64,000 nt of DNA from Callorhinchus milii (Eukaryota): assembly GCF_018977255.1 (NCBI RefSeq), contig NW_024704742.1, positions 82,586,001-82,650,000 on the forward strand, read 5' to 3'. Under the pieces are notes generated by a model. It was not told the DNA's origin. It made no database searches and saw only the letters and a program-made list of their open reading frames with translations. This document shows, piece after piece, positions 37,501 through 49,929 of this stretch. The position numbers were made by a program, and so were the translations under genes. The stretch's first letter is position 1; each line of letters starts with the position of its first letter.

Positions 37501-37784
37501 AGAAAAGAACATGCCCCATATAACCACTTCACTTCACTTCAGCTGCTTCAAAAGAATCCAGTTCTGTGCATTCAACTAGATAGTTGGTTTTTTGACTAAC
37601 CACAGTGTCAGCTATCAGCCACACGACATAAGCAATTAGCGCCTCTGGTAACCTCACAAATTTACACATCCTCACCCATATGTACAACTGGATTTATCTT
37701 TGACACTATCTTTTCTTATAGCCCCATGTCCACATATAGGTCAGTCAATGTGGATAAGTGGACAACAGACAATTGGTATGTGGA

Positions 37785-38100
37785 TAATAAAAATCCTTGC
37801 ATTTGCTATAGTGCCTTATCATGTCGCAAAGACGTCTCAAAGCCCTTCACAGGATTTACTAAATCTATTTGTAGGCGAACGCGGCAGCCTAATTGTGCAC
37901 AGCAGTGTCCCACAAACAGCCATGACATGAATGACTAATTTTATCTGGAAGATTGTTGGCAAAGACACCAGGAAAAACTCTTCCCTTTTCAAATAGTGCC
38001 ATGCACAGGCAGACAAGACCTTGATTTAACATCACATCTGCAGGAAAGCACCTCTGACAATGTAGAACATTCCCAGAAGTGCAATGCAATGTCAACTTAT
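37785..38100 (-). mobile_element. Family B SINE
   Basis: Antisense tail and core (ttttcaaatagtgccatg..acaggcagac). Confidence 0.75.
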
Positions 38101-38349
38101 ACTCTGTGAGTTCATAACCAGAGTTATCACCACTGTCATCACTGTCAATATAGAAGTCAATGTTACAGAGAATGAGGGTAATAGCCAGGACCTGGAGGTA
38201 CAAATACAATACAATAGAATCTACATTTATACAGTATTGCACTTTTCACATCAAGAATGTCTCAAAGTTTTTTAAAGGACAAAAAAAGATCCATGATTCT
38301 TAGCAGCTACAACCACCAGTAGTGGATTAAGTACAAAAGAATGACTTAC

Positions 38350-38388
38350 CTGGGCTGTGTCTGAGCTGTCCACCAGGTCCATAAGAAC
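38350..38388 (-). other. Candidate 39-nt exon (e.g. VLMDLVDSSDTAQ)
   Basis: Acceptor ttctgtctgtag|, donor CAG|gtaagt; all three frames open. Confidence 0.35.
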
Positions 38389-39164
38389 CTACAGACAGAA
38401 CTACAAATGGCGATATAGGTCTCCCATATTCTTCACTGTGGAGTCACCTTACAATGACAGTAACAACTACTTGCATTCATATAGACCCCCTCACATGCGG
38501 CAGGGTTGAGGAGACCTTAAATCTGAGACAATGTCCAAGCAATCATTGGACACATCTCCAGCGCTAGCTTATTTGTGTTCACTGCCGTATTAAGAGATCT
38601 TCTCATTCGTTTTATTTGTTTTTGTGAAAAGTGTGATAGATACTTCAGAAGTAAAGGTATTACGGGATATGGAGAAGAGATGGGAAATGGGATTGATAGG
38701 CATGCCCAATGAACAGGTAGAACAGGCTCAATGGCCTGAATGGACTCTACATGTTCCTGTACGATCACCCCTATTTTAACAATTAAAGAGTGACCGACTG
38801 TAAGACATTGAGCATGTGCATTAGTTCATTACAATTTGCAGCACTATTGTACATTTGATATGGTTTTATCTTACCTCTGTGTGCCATGGACATCTGTTAT
38901 TTTATTAATCTGAATTACTGTGTTTCAACAAGACTCCACTGCACTAACTTTTCCCTCATCACTCCCCAGCACTGCGGTCCCTGGTGTCCTCTGCTTCCTG
39001 AACAACATCAAAATCTCGTACATTTTAAATCGTTATTCGCCCACAAAACACACAATCACTGCACTTTACATTATATCCTGTGAAGTGCTTTGGGATGTCT
39101 TCCTGATATGAACAGTGCTATGTAAGAATTATTATTATTTATCCTCGTAGAGGCTGAACACACA

Positions 39165-39608
39165 GGTGTTGGCCTGGCTCAATTGATAACACTTCTGTCT
39201 CTGAGTCAGACGGTTGTGGGTCAAGTCTCACATCAGGAATTTGAACTCATAATAGACCAGGCTAACAGAAGTGCAATGCTCGGGTAGTGTTTCTTTCGTG
39301 TAGGTGACAGCCTTTGGATATTAAACCAAGGTCCCGCCTGTCTGTTCAGGTGAACATTAAATACAGTATCCCACAGGGCTACTTGACAAGAGAAGGGAGT
39401 GTCCTGGCCAAAAATGCCCCAAATAAAATTGGTCACTCACTTCATGGCTTTTTGTGGGACATTACTCTGTACAAATTGGCTGTGCGTTCACCCACAAAAT
39501 GCACACAATTGCATTACTTTACAGTGTGTTCTGGGAATCACTTTGAGACGTCTCAGTGACGTGATGAATGGTTATATTAAATTCAGGTATCTTAATATTA
39601 TTATTATT
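39165..39608 (+). mobile_element. Near full-length family B SINE
   Basis: ggtgttggcctggctcaattgata...ctgagtcaga head, Deu core and (TTA) tail. Confidence 0.8.
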
Positions 39609-40331
39609 AAATATTATTGTCAGCGCTTCATTGCCAACATGGTCTTATTTACAAACCGGCCTTTGTGAACATGTCGTTGAAGCCACTCTAATTCAGGTTT
39701 CCCTCCCACCTTTGTGATCAGGGACTTCTTTTGAATTTTATTGGGCTCACGTGTCTCATTAACTGCTTACGGATGTGAAATACTGAACGTTTCCAAGTGC
39801 ATTGTCGTTGGCTGTTAATCACTAACATAATTGTGTTTCTCAAAAATAAAACACACTTTGGAAAGAAAGCCAGGCAATTATGATGACTCCACCAGAAAAT
39901 TGTTGACTTTTCTTTTTGTTGCTAAGAAAATGGGTTTCTAAATATTTGCAATTCTCTGTGCTTCTAAATGTGAAAAATTCACGTTTTTCTCACTTCAACT
40001 GGAAGGATAGACTGTGAATTAATTACAATACTCCAGTTTTTAATCACCTGAACCATTTGTACAATCAATTCTAGGCTTGCTTCCGTCCGGGCATTTAATA
40101 GCATTTATCTAATTTACTTTAACATGTATTAAACTTTTTTTTATATTATCGTGCATCAGCAATTGTGAGACTGAAACTAATTTCAGGACTAAAATGGAAT
40201 GGTCTTTGCAGCACAGATATCGGTAGTGTTGTCACATTAGAATGACAAGTCACCCATCAGGCACTAATATATTTCTGCATTGTACAAATGACCCTTGAAT
40301 TATTATAGCTCAGGGGTTCCTGTGGACATAC

Positions 40332-40421
40332 ACTGAAGCAGCTTGTGAAAGTGGAGGACAAGGCTCCCATAATCTGACCAGAGCAATGGGGATGATCTGA
40401 ATTGACACCGTCTTCCATCCC
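40332..40421 (-). other. Candidate 90-nt exon (e.g. GMEDGVNSDHPHCSGQIMGALSSTFTSCFS)
   Basis: Acceptor cctgttttgttcag|, donor AGT|gtatgt; no stop in any frame. Confidence 0.3.
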
Positions 40422-40562
40422 CTGAACAAAACAGGATGATACAGACATACAAGCCTTGCTACAATCTTACTCTGTGTGGAGCACCTCACAACGCAGGGTG
40501 AACTTTATACACTGATAGGCAATCATCAAAAGGACTGTAAAGGGATATTGAGGCAATAATAC

Positions 40563-40960
40563 GAGAGATTAAAAACAAATTAATAATAATTACATAGCAC
40601 TTTTCACATTGGGTGGATGTCTCAAAGTGCATCATAGAATTTACTATAAATTGGAGCGTTAGTGTATTTTGCAGGTGAATGCAGCAGCCAATTTGCACAC
40701 AGCAATGTGCCACGAAGCATATGATCAATTTTGCCTGGGATATTCTTGGCCAGATCACTGGGAGAAATTCCCTTCTCTTTTTGAATAGTGCCATGGGATC
40801 TTTAACATCCATTTGAACAGGCAGATGGGACCTTGGGTTAATATCTCATCTGGCAATATTATGTATACCCAGCCCTGGTTTGGAGTGTCAGCCTAGATTT
40901 ATATGAATTCGAAATCCTGACGTGGGGTTTGAACCAACAAGCATCAGAACCAGGCTGACA
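40563..40960 (-). mobile_element. Family B SINE
   Basis: Antisense tail, core (gaatagtgccatgggatctttaacatcca) and head (caggctgacacc). Confidence 0.8.
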
Positions 40961-41623
40961 CCTTTGCTAGTGTGGTGCTGATAGCAGTAGCAATCAGGAA
41001 CCCATTGTTCAATCCCTCAAAGAACACCATTAATATGGTAACAGTTTCGAAGAACAACTCATAGGAAGATATAAACAGGAAGAGGCCATTCAGCCCTTCA
41101 ACGCAAGTTTTATGAAAGAAGGTCCATGTTTCCTCGCAGGGAACTCGATCATGCCCCACCACAGACACATGGGACCCGAGATCAGTGGGATCAGCGGTCT
41201 CTTGGATGTTAGTTCCTATCACCTATTCCAGATGTGCCTCAGCGCAACAGCAGGCTTCTATATGTACTGGGTCACAGGGCAAGCCCTACGTGGGTGTAGA
41301 GGAAAGACATCCACTGTGGCCAGGCAGAGCAAGCTTTCTGGAGATCCCATCTGAGGGTAGTGGTTATCACCAAGTTCCACATGAGGAAACGTAGACTCCA
41401 TGGCACAGATGCAACAGACACCTGTCCTTACACAGTCTAAGCCTGTGCCAATAGCAGACACCTAGTCTGAGCTCTATATAGCCAAGACTGCTCACCCATC
41501 ACCGGGCCAGGCCTTCCTCTCAGACCATGTTATAACAGTGTTTAACTGTTTCTGTTTGTTATTAAGTACTGTAGCAAGTTAAGACAGTATTATAACAGCA
41601 GGTTTTTTTAGTTAAAAATCCAT

Positions 41624-42820
41624 GTGTAATTGATATGGGTAAAAATGCGAATGTGAAAGAAAGCCTCAATTTATTACTTTGTCACACTTTCACCTCCGAG
41701 TCAGGAAATTGTGGGTTCAAGCCCCAATTTGAGATTTTGAGCTCACAGTCTGACACTCCAATGCAGTATTGAGGGGGGAGTATTGCATTGTCAGTGGTGC
41801 CGTCCTTCAAATGAAACGTTAAACCGAGGTCCCATCTGTGTGTTCAAGTGCATTACTAATCTTTGCTACCTGGCTCCATGGATACCAGCAGTGAGTCTGT
41901 CAAGGTGTGAGCTCTCAAACTCTAGATACAACAGTGTTTTGTAGACACAACAGGTTCTCTGACCAGGGCAACACTGCTCCTGACCTAATAGCAGAAAGAG
42001 TGGAAATAGCTGTTATTCTCTTTAAATCTCTGACAAATGGTTCCTTCTTCCCTATTTTACATTGTACACATATTGCTGGCAATGCTTTCTCGTGGAGGAA
42101 ATTAATTTGTCAATTTGCAGCAGTCGATCATGTGAACGATTTAATTACCAGAAGTCCTCAGTCACTCAACATACACAAACCACGGCAAAAAGGAATCGTA
42201 GCAGGAATGCAGTACCTCCAGAGACTCATTCAACAGAAGATCTGATTGACCTTCTTGAAATGGGGTTGTCATTTAACAGCTGTCGTGTCCATGACTCAAT
42301 TTCTCTTTCAGATGCTCGTAGACCCACAATGCATTTTCAGCCTTTTATTTTCTTACCTGGGAATACTACAGTGGTGTAAGGTGTAATTGATGTGGGTAAA
42401 AGCGCAAATGTGAATGAAATCCTAAATTTATCTTACGCTCACCTTCAGGTCAAGTGATTGTCAGTTCAAACTTCAATTTGAGACTTTGAGCTCACAGTCC
42501 AATCTGACAATCGCTGCAGTGAGTGGGGAGTGCCACATTGTCAGTGGTGCTATCCTGCAAATGAAACTTTAAACTGAGGTCCCATCTGTATTTCAAGTGC
42601 AGGATAAAGATTCCATTACATTATTTGAAATGTTTCTTCCAGTGTCCTGGTCAAGAATCCTCCAGGTCAAATTCTCATTCACTTCATGGTTCTTTCTAGG
42701 TCATTGCTGGGTGCAAATGTTTTTTACATTTGCCTGCAAAAATGTCATATGACATTATTTGTTTATGCAACATTTTGAAATGTTTTAATCTTATAAGCAC
42801 AATAAAAATTCCAGTTCTTT
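41624..42820 (+). repeat. Local direct duplication of unique flank plus family B SINE 5' half (41624-41852 and 42381-42601)
   Basis: Both copies begin gtgtaattgat(a/g)tgggtaaaa..gc.aatgtgaa.gaaa.cct.aattta before the SINE head; only the second continues to the SINE tail. Confidence 0.75.
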
Positions 42821-43242
42821 ATTTTGAAAGTATAGTATTGTTATTCAATGTTATTCACTTTAAGCCAATGTGACCATAGTAAATAAGCAATGTTATTGCT
42901 GAACCAGTGTAATGCTTTTTTATTGGGGGTTCAAGCAGTTTTGTTTTAGATCACATGTAATGGATTTAGAACTGAGCTTCATTTTGTTGGACCAGTTTAT
43001 GCTTTTTCTCTGTCCCAAGGTGATAAAAAGTACAGTTCTGTTTATCTCTTATTTCAGTTAAGTGTAATGACTGTACTGTCAGCCAATTCGCACACAGAGA
43101 TGGCCCACAAATAACCAAGAGGTATTTGGAGAATTGTTGGCTAGGAAACTGGGAGAATCTACCTTCTCTTTGCCTTGGTTCTTGCCAACCTGCCCCTAAT
43201 ACTTTCCGGAATTAGCTAAGCAGGATGTGTCCCTCCAGAGAA

Positions 43243-43976
43243 ATCTTATGCAAGGTGATTTGAAAACAAGCTTACCTCTGGATCTCAGTATGAGCTCAGG
43301 TATAGAGTAGCCAGTAGGAATTGGAAAATTGGTTGATGATGCAGTTGGATTGTCCTTTGGGTTAAGGCTATGATGCATATTGTCGGGGTAGAGAGAGGGA
43401 GTGTTTTTTTTCTGCAGTTAACTATACTGTCTTATCCTGGGAGAGCTTCAGGCTGACATTAGGGTCTAAAGACACACTGGTTTCACATGGAAGCAAACTT
43501 TTCACCTTTGTTTAGAATGGGTTAACAAAGATTGTCAAAAGCCCATGTGTGTCAGACTTCATTAGTCAGAGCAATATTTTCACATATGCCAAAACAGTAG
43601 AACAAGAATTGCAAAGGGTAACTTCAAAACAAACACCAGGGAAGTATTTATTTTGCATGGAGTAATTAATAACAGGATTGGGGTATCAGGATTGGTTGGT
43701 AGAGACCAGGACTATGGAACTCATTTAAAAAAACTTGACCCTATAATGGGAGGGCAGTATATTGGAAGAATATGATAGAATGAGCTGAAGGGGCTTCTTC
43801 ATCCAAACTGATTTTGTGATCTCTCCACACGTCGAATGATATGCTTCCACATTGGTTTATTTTACCAGTGGGTTTTGTGGAGGAATGAGGTCATGTGCGC
43901 TGAAGGGCTTTCTTCATCAAACCAATCTTGTGATCTTTTGCAAGGTGATTTGAAAACAAGCTTAGCTCTGGATCTC
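43243..43976 (+). repeat. 44-bp direct repeat 690 bp apart
   Basis: atctt(a/t)tgcaaggtgatttgaaaacaagctta(c/g)ctctggatctc at 43243-43286 and 43933-43976. Confidence 0.9.
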
Positions 43977-44437
43977 CGAGTCTTAAGGAAGACCTTAAGG
44001 CTCTGATATTTAGAGGGAATTAAGGTTTGAATTCTCCCAGGTTACTGAGGAACTGTCATTCAAGTTATTGTTGTGCTTTTTTATATATAAGGAGAAAAAC
44101 ATTTCTCCCACTTTTACTCTTTATTGTGCAATAGGATCCTGCCAAGAAAATAATTTATTTCAGAAGTGGTGATTTTAAAGGCGGAAAATGTGAAGGAAGT
44201 GACAATAGCCCTTTACTGTTAGGAATAGTTCTAATGATATTCTTTCTCACTGCTCCCACACTTGTGCTGGCACCAGTGTGAATTATACAGCATGCTTCAG
44301 GGCAGTATAGTGCTCGATGGCATTCCACGTTGGGCTGATGTACAACAGTGTGTCAGATCACGGGGACTGCTTAACGTTTCAATCAGCCTCTTGTCCTCAA
44401 TTTAAGGTAATGTGCACACACTCTAATAACAAATAAT

Positions 44438-44800
44438 ATTAATCCTCACATTTGTCTTGTCATCGACAACTGAAATGTTGAGATATCTCAAAGCATTTCA
44501 CATTGTTGATGTAAAGTGTAATGACTGTGTGTTTTGTGGGCAAACACAGCAGGCAATTTGCACACAGCAATGTGCCACAAACAGCCATGAAGCAAGTTGG
44601 AAGATTGTTGGCCAGGACACCGGGAGAAACTCCCTTGTCTTTTCAACTTGTGTCATGGGATCTTTAACGTCCACTTGAACAACAACAACAATTTGTATTG
44701 TGCCCCTCACACAAGGTAGTATCCCAAAGTACCTCAGAACATGTAGAAGGACCTTGGTTTCATCCGAAGGATGACACCTCCAACAATGCTCCACAATACC
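44438..44800 (-). mobile_element. Family B SINE carrying a short L2-tail insert (~44677-44735)
   Basis: Antisense core broken by aacaacaacaacaatttgtattgtgcccctcac...cccaaagt. Confidence 0.7.
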
Positions 44801-45078
44801 AGCATTACATTAGAATTTAGGCCAGATATAGATTTAAAGAGATTTCCAAAGTGTGAAAGTGGCAAGTGAAAGGAAAAGGTAGATTTAAATCCTACTTGGA
44901 AAACACTGAAGAGTTTAAAGTCTCATCCCAAGGTTTGGACCTCAGACAATGCAACAGAACCCAGGCACTGGATTGGAGTGTCAGCCTGGAATATCACTTG
45001 ATTTTAATCTTATCTGTTATTAATGAAAATAATCCTTGCATTTAGTAATGATGCCTTTCCCCTCAGGAGGACAATTTA

Positions 45079-45173
45079 AAGCGCTTCACAGGATTTACTG
45101 TAAAGTTTAGTGAAGTGCTTCACATGATTTACTGTAAAGTTTAGTGAAGCGCTTCACAGGATTTACTGTAAAG
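45079..45173. repeat. 34-bp tandem repeat (~2.8 copies) inside an antisense SINE tail
   Basis: Unit aagcgcttcacaggatttactgtaaagtttagtg. Confidence 0.9.
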
Positions 45174-46911
45174 ATTAATAGCTGTGTATTTGTAGGTGAA
45201 TTTACGCACAGCAGTGTCCCACAATATGCTGCCAACTGAGGCAGATTAATACAGTTGTACTGTACCATTGCAGCTCTCACACAACAGGCACGTTGTGAGA
45301 ACCTTCTTCAAAACCCGATTCCAAACAGAGTGCCCCAGAACATGTAGATGGGAAGCATAAAGTGTAAATTCTCTCAGAGACTTATATGAGAAATTCAGCC
45401 TACCCACATTCCCCACCCCGTCCTCCAGCCCCCAGCCCAGCAGAAAGAAATGTGATTCAAAGAGGTGTGTTACTTCTAAATGTATGAATTGAACTCACAC
45501 TTTACTTTTAGGAGTTTCTCTGCAGGAGTTAATTACCAGAAAGCAACAAGCAATTTTGGAAACCAAGCGAGATATTTAATGCCAATATATGCTGTTAGAT
45601 CATAATACCAGCAGGAGAATTGCTGGGATAGCAATTCCGTCACTAACTATGTACAAGATTAATTGCTATACTTTTTATCTGAGGTTCGACTGATGTCTCA
45701 GTGAGGAAGTGCGCCATTTAATGATACAGGGCCACACAGGTTCCAGGGTCGATAGCTGAGCTAACTGATTTCAACCGAAATGACAGTGGGAACAGTATGG
45801 ATGTGTGTATGGAGGGGGAGAAAAGATCAAATATTGCAAAATACCTGCTTGTAGGCATCAGGTTTGGCTGCTGACTACTCTGCCAACACTCCTATGAAGC
45901 CCAGACAGTAATCAATATCCATGGAAATAAATCCGAGCAGCTTTATGTAGTGATGGGAAGATGGTAGGATGTGTATTCAAGAAGGACAAAGTCAAATAGG
46001 CCCAAAGGCTATCTTCAGCCAAACGTCTCATGAACTTGTGACCTTGTGACCTAAGAACCGGGGGCCTCAACGGAGCACTGCAGTTGTTTTGGAAGAAATT
46101 GAAAACTTGAGAGAGATCTATTCATCATACCATTCATCTTTCAGGGGCTTATAAATTTAAAAGACCATTATTTAAACTAAGAAAAATAAACTGATTGAGA
46201 CTGTGCAGAAACCTGCTTAACAAATTCAATTGCCATTTTCACTAAAAGATGCACATTCACTGCTGGCTCCTGTGGGACTGATTTGTCTTTTGGAGAGTCC
46301 TATAATCACGGTAATGGGATATTATTGAGGGTATGTTCACTTATATCTGGGTCACATTGGATCATTTTATTAAGAAATGACCATGCATTGTAATTACAAT
46401 CAGTGCTTAAATGTTTGGAACAGAGACCAATTAAAGTTTTTTTTTAAGCTGTAATACTCTTCTATTTTGTTAAATACAACCCAGGAAACAAATGGAAGCA
46501 AAGTTAGCGTGCATTCGTGACCCCCTGATTTTGCAGTAATGAAACACTTAATTATGAAATCCTCTGGCATGCTGACATAGGTAAAAAGAAAATTGAGGCA
46601 GAATCCAGCTGTATGAGGAGAACAGCTTTCTACTTATTACCTTGATTCTCCTGGGAAACCCTGGCCAAACATAAATAGTTTGCAATTGGAAATTACAAGC
46701 AAGCGTTTTACAATGATTTTTTTCCAGTAGATTTGTAGCTTGCCAAGTGATTACCTGTGAGTTTATTACTTCACAAGTAGTTTCTCTCAACTTGATCCAG
46801 AACGTCTTACGACCTGAGAATCTGCTATAAATGTACCATAGAGCAAAAAATAATGATTTTAGAACACTGTGATTTGTGTAGATTAAGTCAAAATTACAAT
46901 AATAATGTTTA

Positions 46912-47175
46912 TTAATAATAATCCTTGTATTTGTACATCCTTGTCGGGAAGATGTATCAAAATGGAGTGACTGTGCATTTGTCGGTGAATGGGGCCACCA
47001 ATGTTCGTACAATAAGCCCCATCGACAGTATGAATAGTGAAGGACTATTCTTATTTTGGGGGATTGTTGGCCACAACAGGAGGGAGAAACTCTCTTCTCT
47101 TTTCAAATAGTGCTTTGGGATCTTTAACACCCACCTGAACAGGTAGACGTGAATTTGGTTTAATGCCTCATCCGA
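46912..47175 (-). mobile_element. Family B SINE fragment
   Basis: ggggattgttggcca...ttttcaaatagtgctttgggatctttaacacccacctgaacagg. Confidence 0.75.
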
Positions 47176-49007
47176 AATTAACATGGAGTGAAGCAGCACA
47201 TGGCCTAAGCAACCATAGCACCTGTTTATAATACGGATTGGAATTTTAATGACTTGAAACATTGCAGGCCTCCACTGAACTTTTCATATCAGTCAGCATG
47301 TGATATAAGCCCAATGGACATTTACAGAAAAATAAGCCAGTTGGTTAGATCTGCTCTGTCGATTGCCCTTGAGGCTGGTGAATCATGAACTGAGCATCAA
47401 TTGATGGTTTAGTTAGTGACAACATTATTGATTTGCTTAAACACAAACGACACGAGCTCAGATGAGAGAAGGTGAACAGACATTTTGGATTTAATTACAT
47501 GATACAGAGGATGTTATCTGTATTGGCCAGTGCAGGCCCAATAGTCCAGTGGATAGAGCTGCAGAATATGGACCAGAAGCTCATTTGAATCCTGGTCCAG
47601 GTTTAGCTTGCTGGTCTCAATCGTGGCCACATAGGGATGCTAAATTGGCCCCGATCTTCCTAAGGTTAGGGAGGGTGGGCTATTCCGACAAATTAGCTTG
47701 AAAAAAAAAGGCCGTGAAGAGATTAAACAGCCCTGTTAAATAAAAATTAGATAATTTACACTGAGTGAAATAAGGCTGAGTAGAAACGAATGAGAAACAG
47801 ATAACAGCACATATATTAAGTCGGAGTCAGCCTTACTGTCATGTTATACTGTCATATTGTCATGTGAAACTATGTAGAAAATAATGGATAACTGGGTGTA
47901 ATTAAAAGACATTGATCTCACCAAAGGGTCAATTGTGTTATGTGGATCCGTGACTACACTGCAGCCTACAAATCGGACCCATGTGCCTGTTATTTTATGA
48001 CACATGCTGTGTTCTTCATGGATGAATTTGATTCCAGTTTCAGTCTACTGGTCTTATTTTTCTAGGCAGTAGAGACGGGATTGTATTAAATTTACTGAGC
48101 TTGCCAAACGGGTGCATTTTACTGTGCGCTGGTTGATAAACTTGTTGACAATCTGTGAATCACCTCCTAGACATCTTGCAGTGTACCAACGGCTGAGACA
48201 CTCATGTGAATCTGATGCGTGAAGACATCTACACTGAAGAATTAATGTTTAGGATGAACTGCTCTGTGTCTATTGAGCAATAATCCATACCTAGTTAAAG
48301 AAAAATCACAGTCAACATATACTAAGGCAATAATATACACAATAGATACCGGGGATAATAATACACAAAAGTTACGTAGTACAATACCACTACAAGAAGA
48401 AGAGTAGCATAAAACTAGTATGTTACAATGTGCATATTGGGTTTATTTGGTGCATGTTAAAATAATATAGGGGCCCAAAATGCAGTACGGTATTCCTAAA
48501 CACTTTCTCTTCATTATTTAAGGAATTTTGTTCAAATGGATCTATGAATAGAAACAAACCATTATGTTAAATTAACTTCTCCAGTTCCCACAAGGGTCAA
48601 CCAAGCTCTTAAATTCTATACCAGTAATCATATTATTTCTCAATCATGTTTCGCTCTTAGTTTCCTGAAAGAGCTGGTTCTTGCCGTAGTTCAGTTCCAT
48701 TGACACTAGACAACATCTGGTATCTTGCTCAAGTGGCTATTCTTGTGTGAGCCTAGACAGTGAGTGTGAAGAGGATGTTGATCAGAGGAATAATACCTGA
48801 AGCTGACCTGGGCATTCAGTTTCAGCAAAAACCTTGTGCACACTTTGATAATCCCCATGCCTTAGCTCCGTCAATCTCCACCTCAAAATGTAAGGGTGTC
48901 TGTCCACAGATGTGAATGTTGCCTCCTGGAGGAGCTCATTCATTTTACAATACAATACACTTTATATTTATATAGCGCTTTTCACATTGAGAGGAAGCTT
49001 CAGTGAA

Positions 49008-49115
49008 TGTTTGTGGGACACTGCAGTGTGCAATTGGCTGCTGAAATTTTTCCCACAAAATTTACAGTCACTTTACACTATATTCTGTGAAGCGCTTTCA
49101 GACGACTCAAAGATG
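49008..49115 (+). mobile_element. SINE 3' half, left part (split by the CR1)
   Basis: tgtttgtgggacactgc...ctgtgaagcgctttcagacgactcaaagatg. It joins 53932 to rebuild the SINE tail ...aagatg|tgataaggcgctatatcaaatgcaaggattact. Confidence 0.85.
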
Positions 49116-49929
49116 AGGGTGGAAGAAGGTAGTGCAGGTTATGTAGTTTATATGGATTTTCAAAAGGCGTTTGATAAAGTGCCACATAAGAGACTTGTAA
49201 GCAAAATAGAAGCCCCTGGTATTAAAGGGACAGTGGCAGCATAGATACAGAACTGGCTGGGAGACAGAAAGCAGAGTGGTGGTGAAGGGTTGTTTTTCTG
49301 ACTCGAGGGAAGTGTGCAGTGGTGTCCCCCAGGGATCAGTATTGGGACCACTGCTGTTTTTGATCTATATCAATGACCTGGACTTGGGTATAGGGAGTAC
49401 ACTTTCCAAGTTTGCAGATGATACTAAGCTGCGAAAAGTAGTAAACAGTGAGGAGCATAGTAAATGGACACAGACAGACTGGTAAAATGGGCCGACACGT
49501 GGCAGATGAAGTTTAATGTGGAGAAATGCGAAGTGATGCATTTTGGGAGGAAGAATGAGGAGAGACAATATACGGAGATGGTACAATCTTAAAGGGGTGA
49601 AGGAACAGAGAGACCTGGGGGTCATATAAGTAAATCTTTGAGGGTGGCAGGACAGGGAGATAAAGCTGTTAAAAAAGCATACAGTATACTAGGCTTTATA
49701 AATAGGGAATGGAATACAAAAGTCAGAAAGTTATAATGAACCTTTATAAAACACTGGTTAAACCTCAGCGAGAGTACCGTGTTCAGTTCTGGGCACTGCA
49801 TTTAGGAAAGATGTCAATGCATTGGAGAGGGTGCAAAGGAGATTTACCATGATGGTACCAGAAATGAGCATCTTCAGTTATTAGGACAGGCTAGAGAAAC
49901 TAGGATTATTCTCCTTGGAGCAGAGAAGG
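49116..49929 (+). mobile_element. CR1 LINE, 5'-truncated and decayed; part upstream of the L2 insertion
   Basis: [34 protein letters not shown] and KFADDTK motifs, split by stops and frameshifts (ORFs 48912-49244, 49276-49485). Confidence 0.93.

Noticed and set aside
41100..41530. GC-richer stretch with several short ORFs, possibly another retroelement fragment
   Set aside because: No motif I could assign with confidence; left unannotated pending a Dfam or BLASTX search.
46640..46665. Minus-strand GFPGES collagen-like micro-exon
   Set aside because: Only 20 nt, not a multiple of 9, and no other Gly-X-Y exons in the window.
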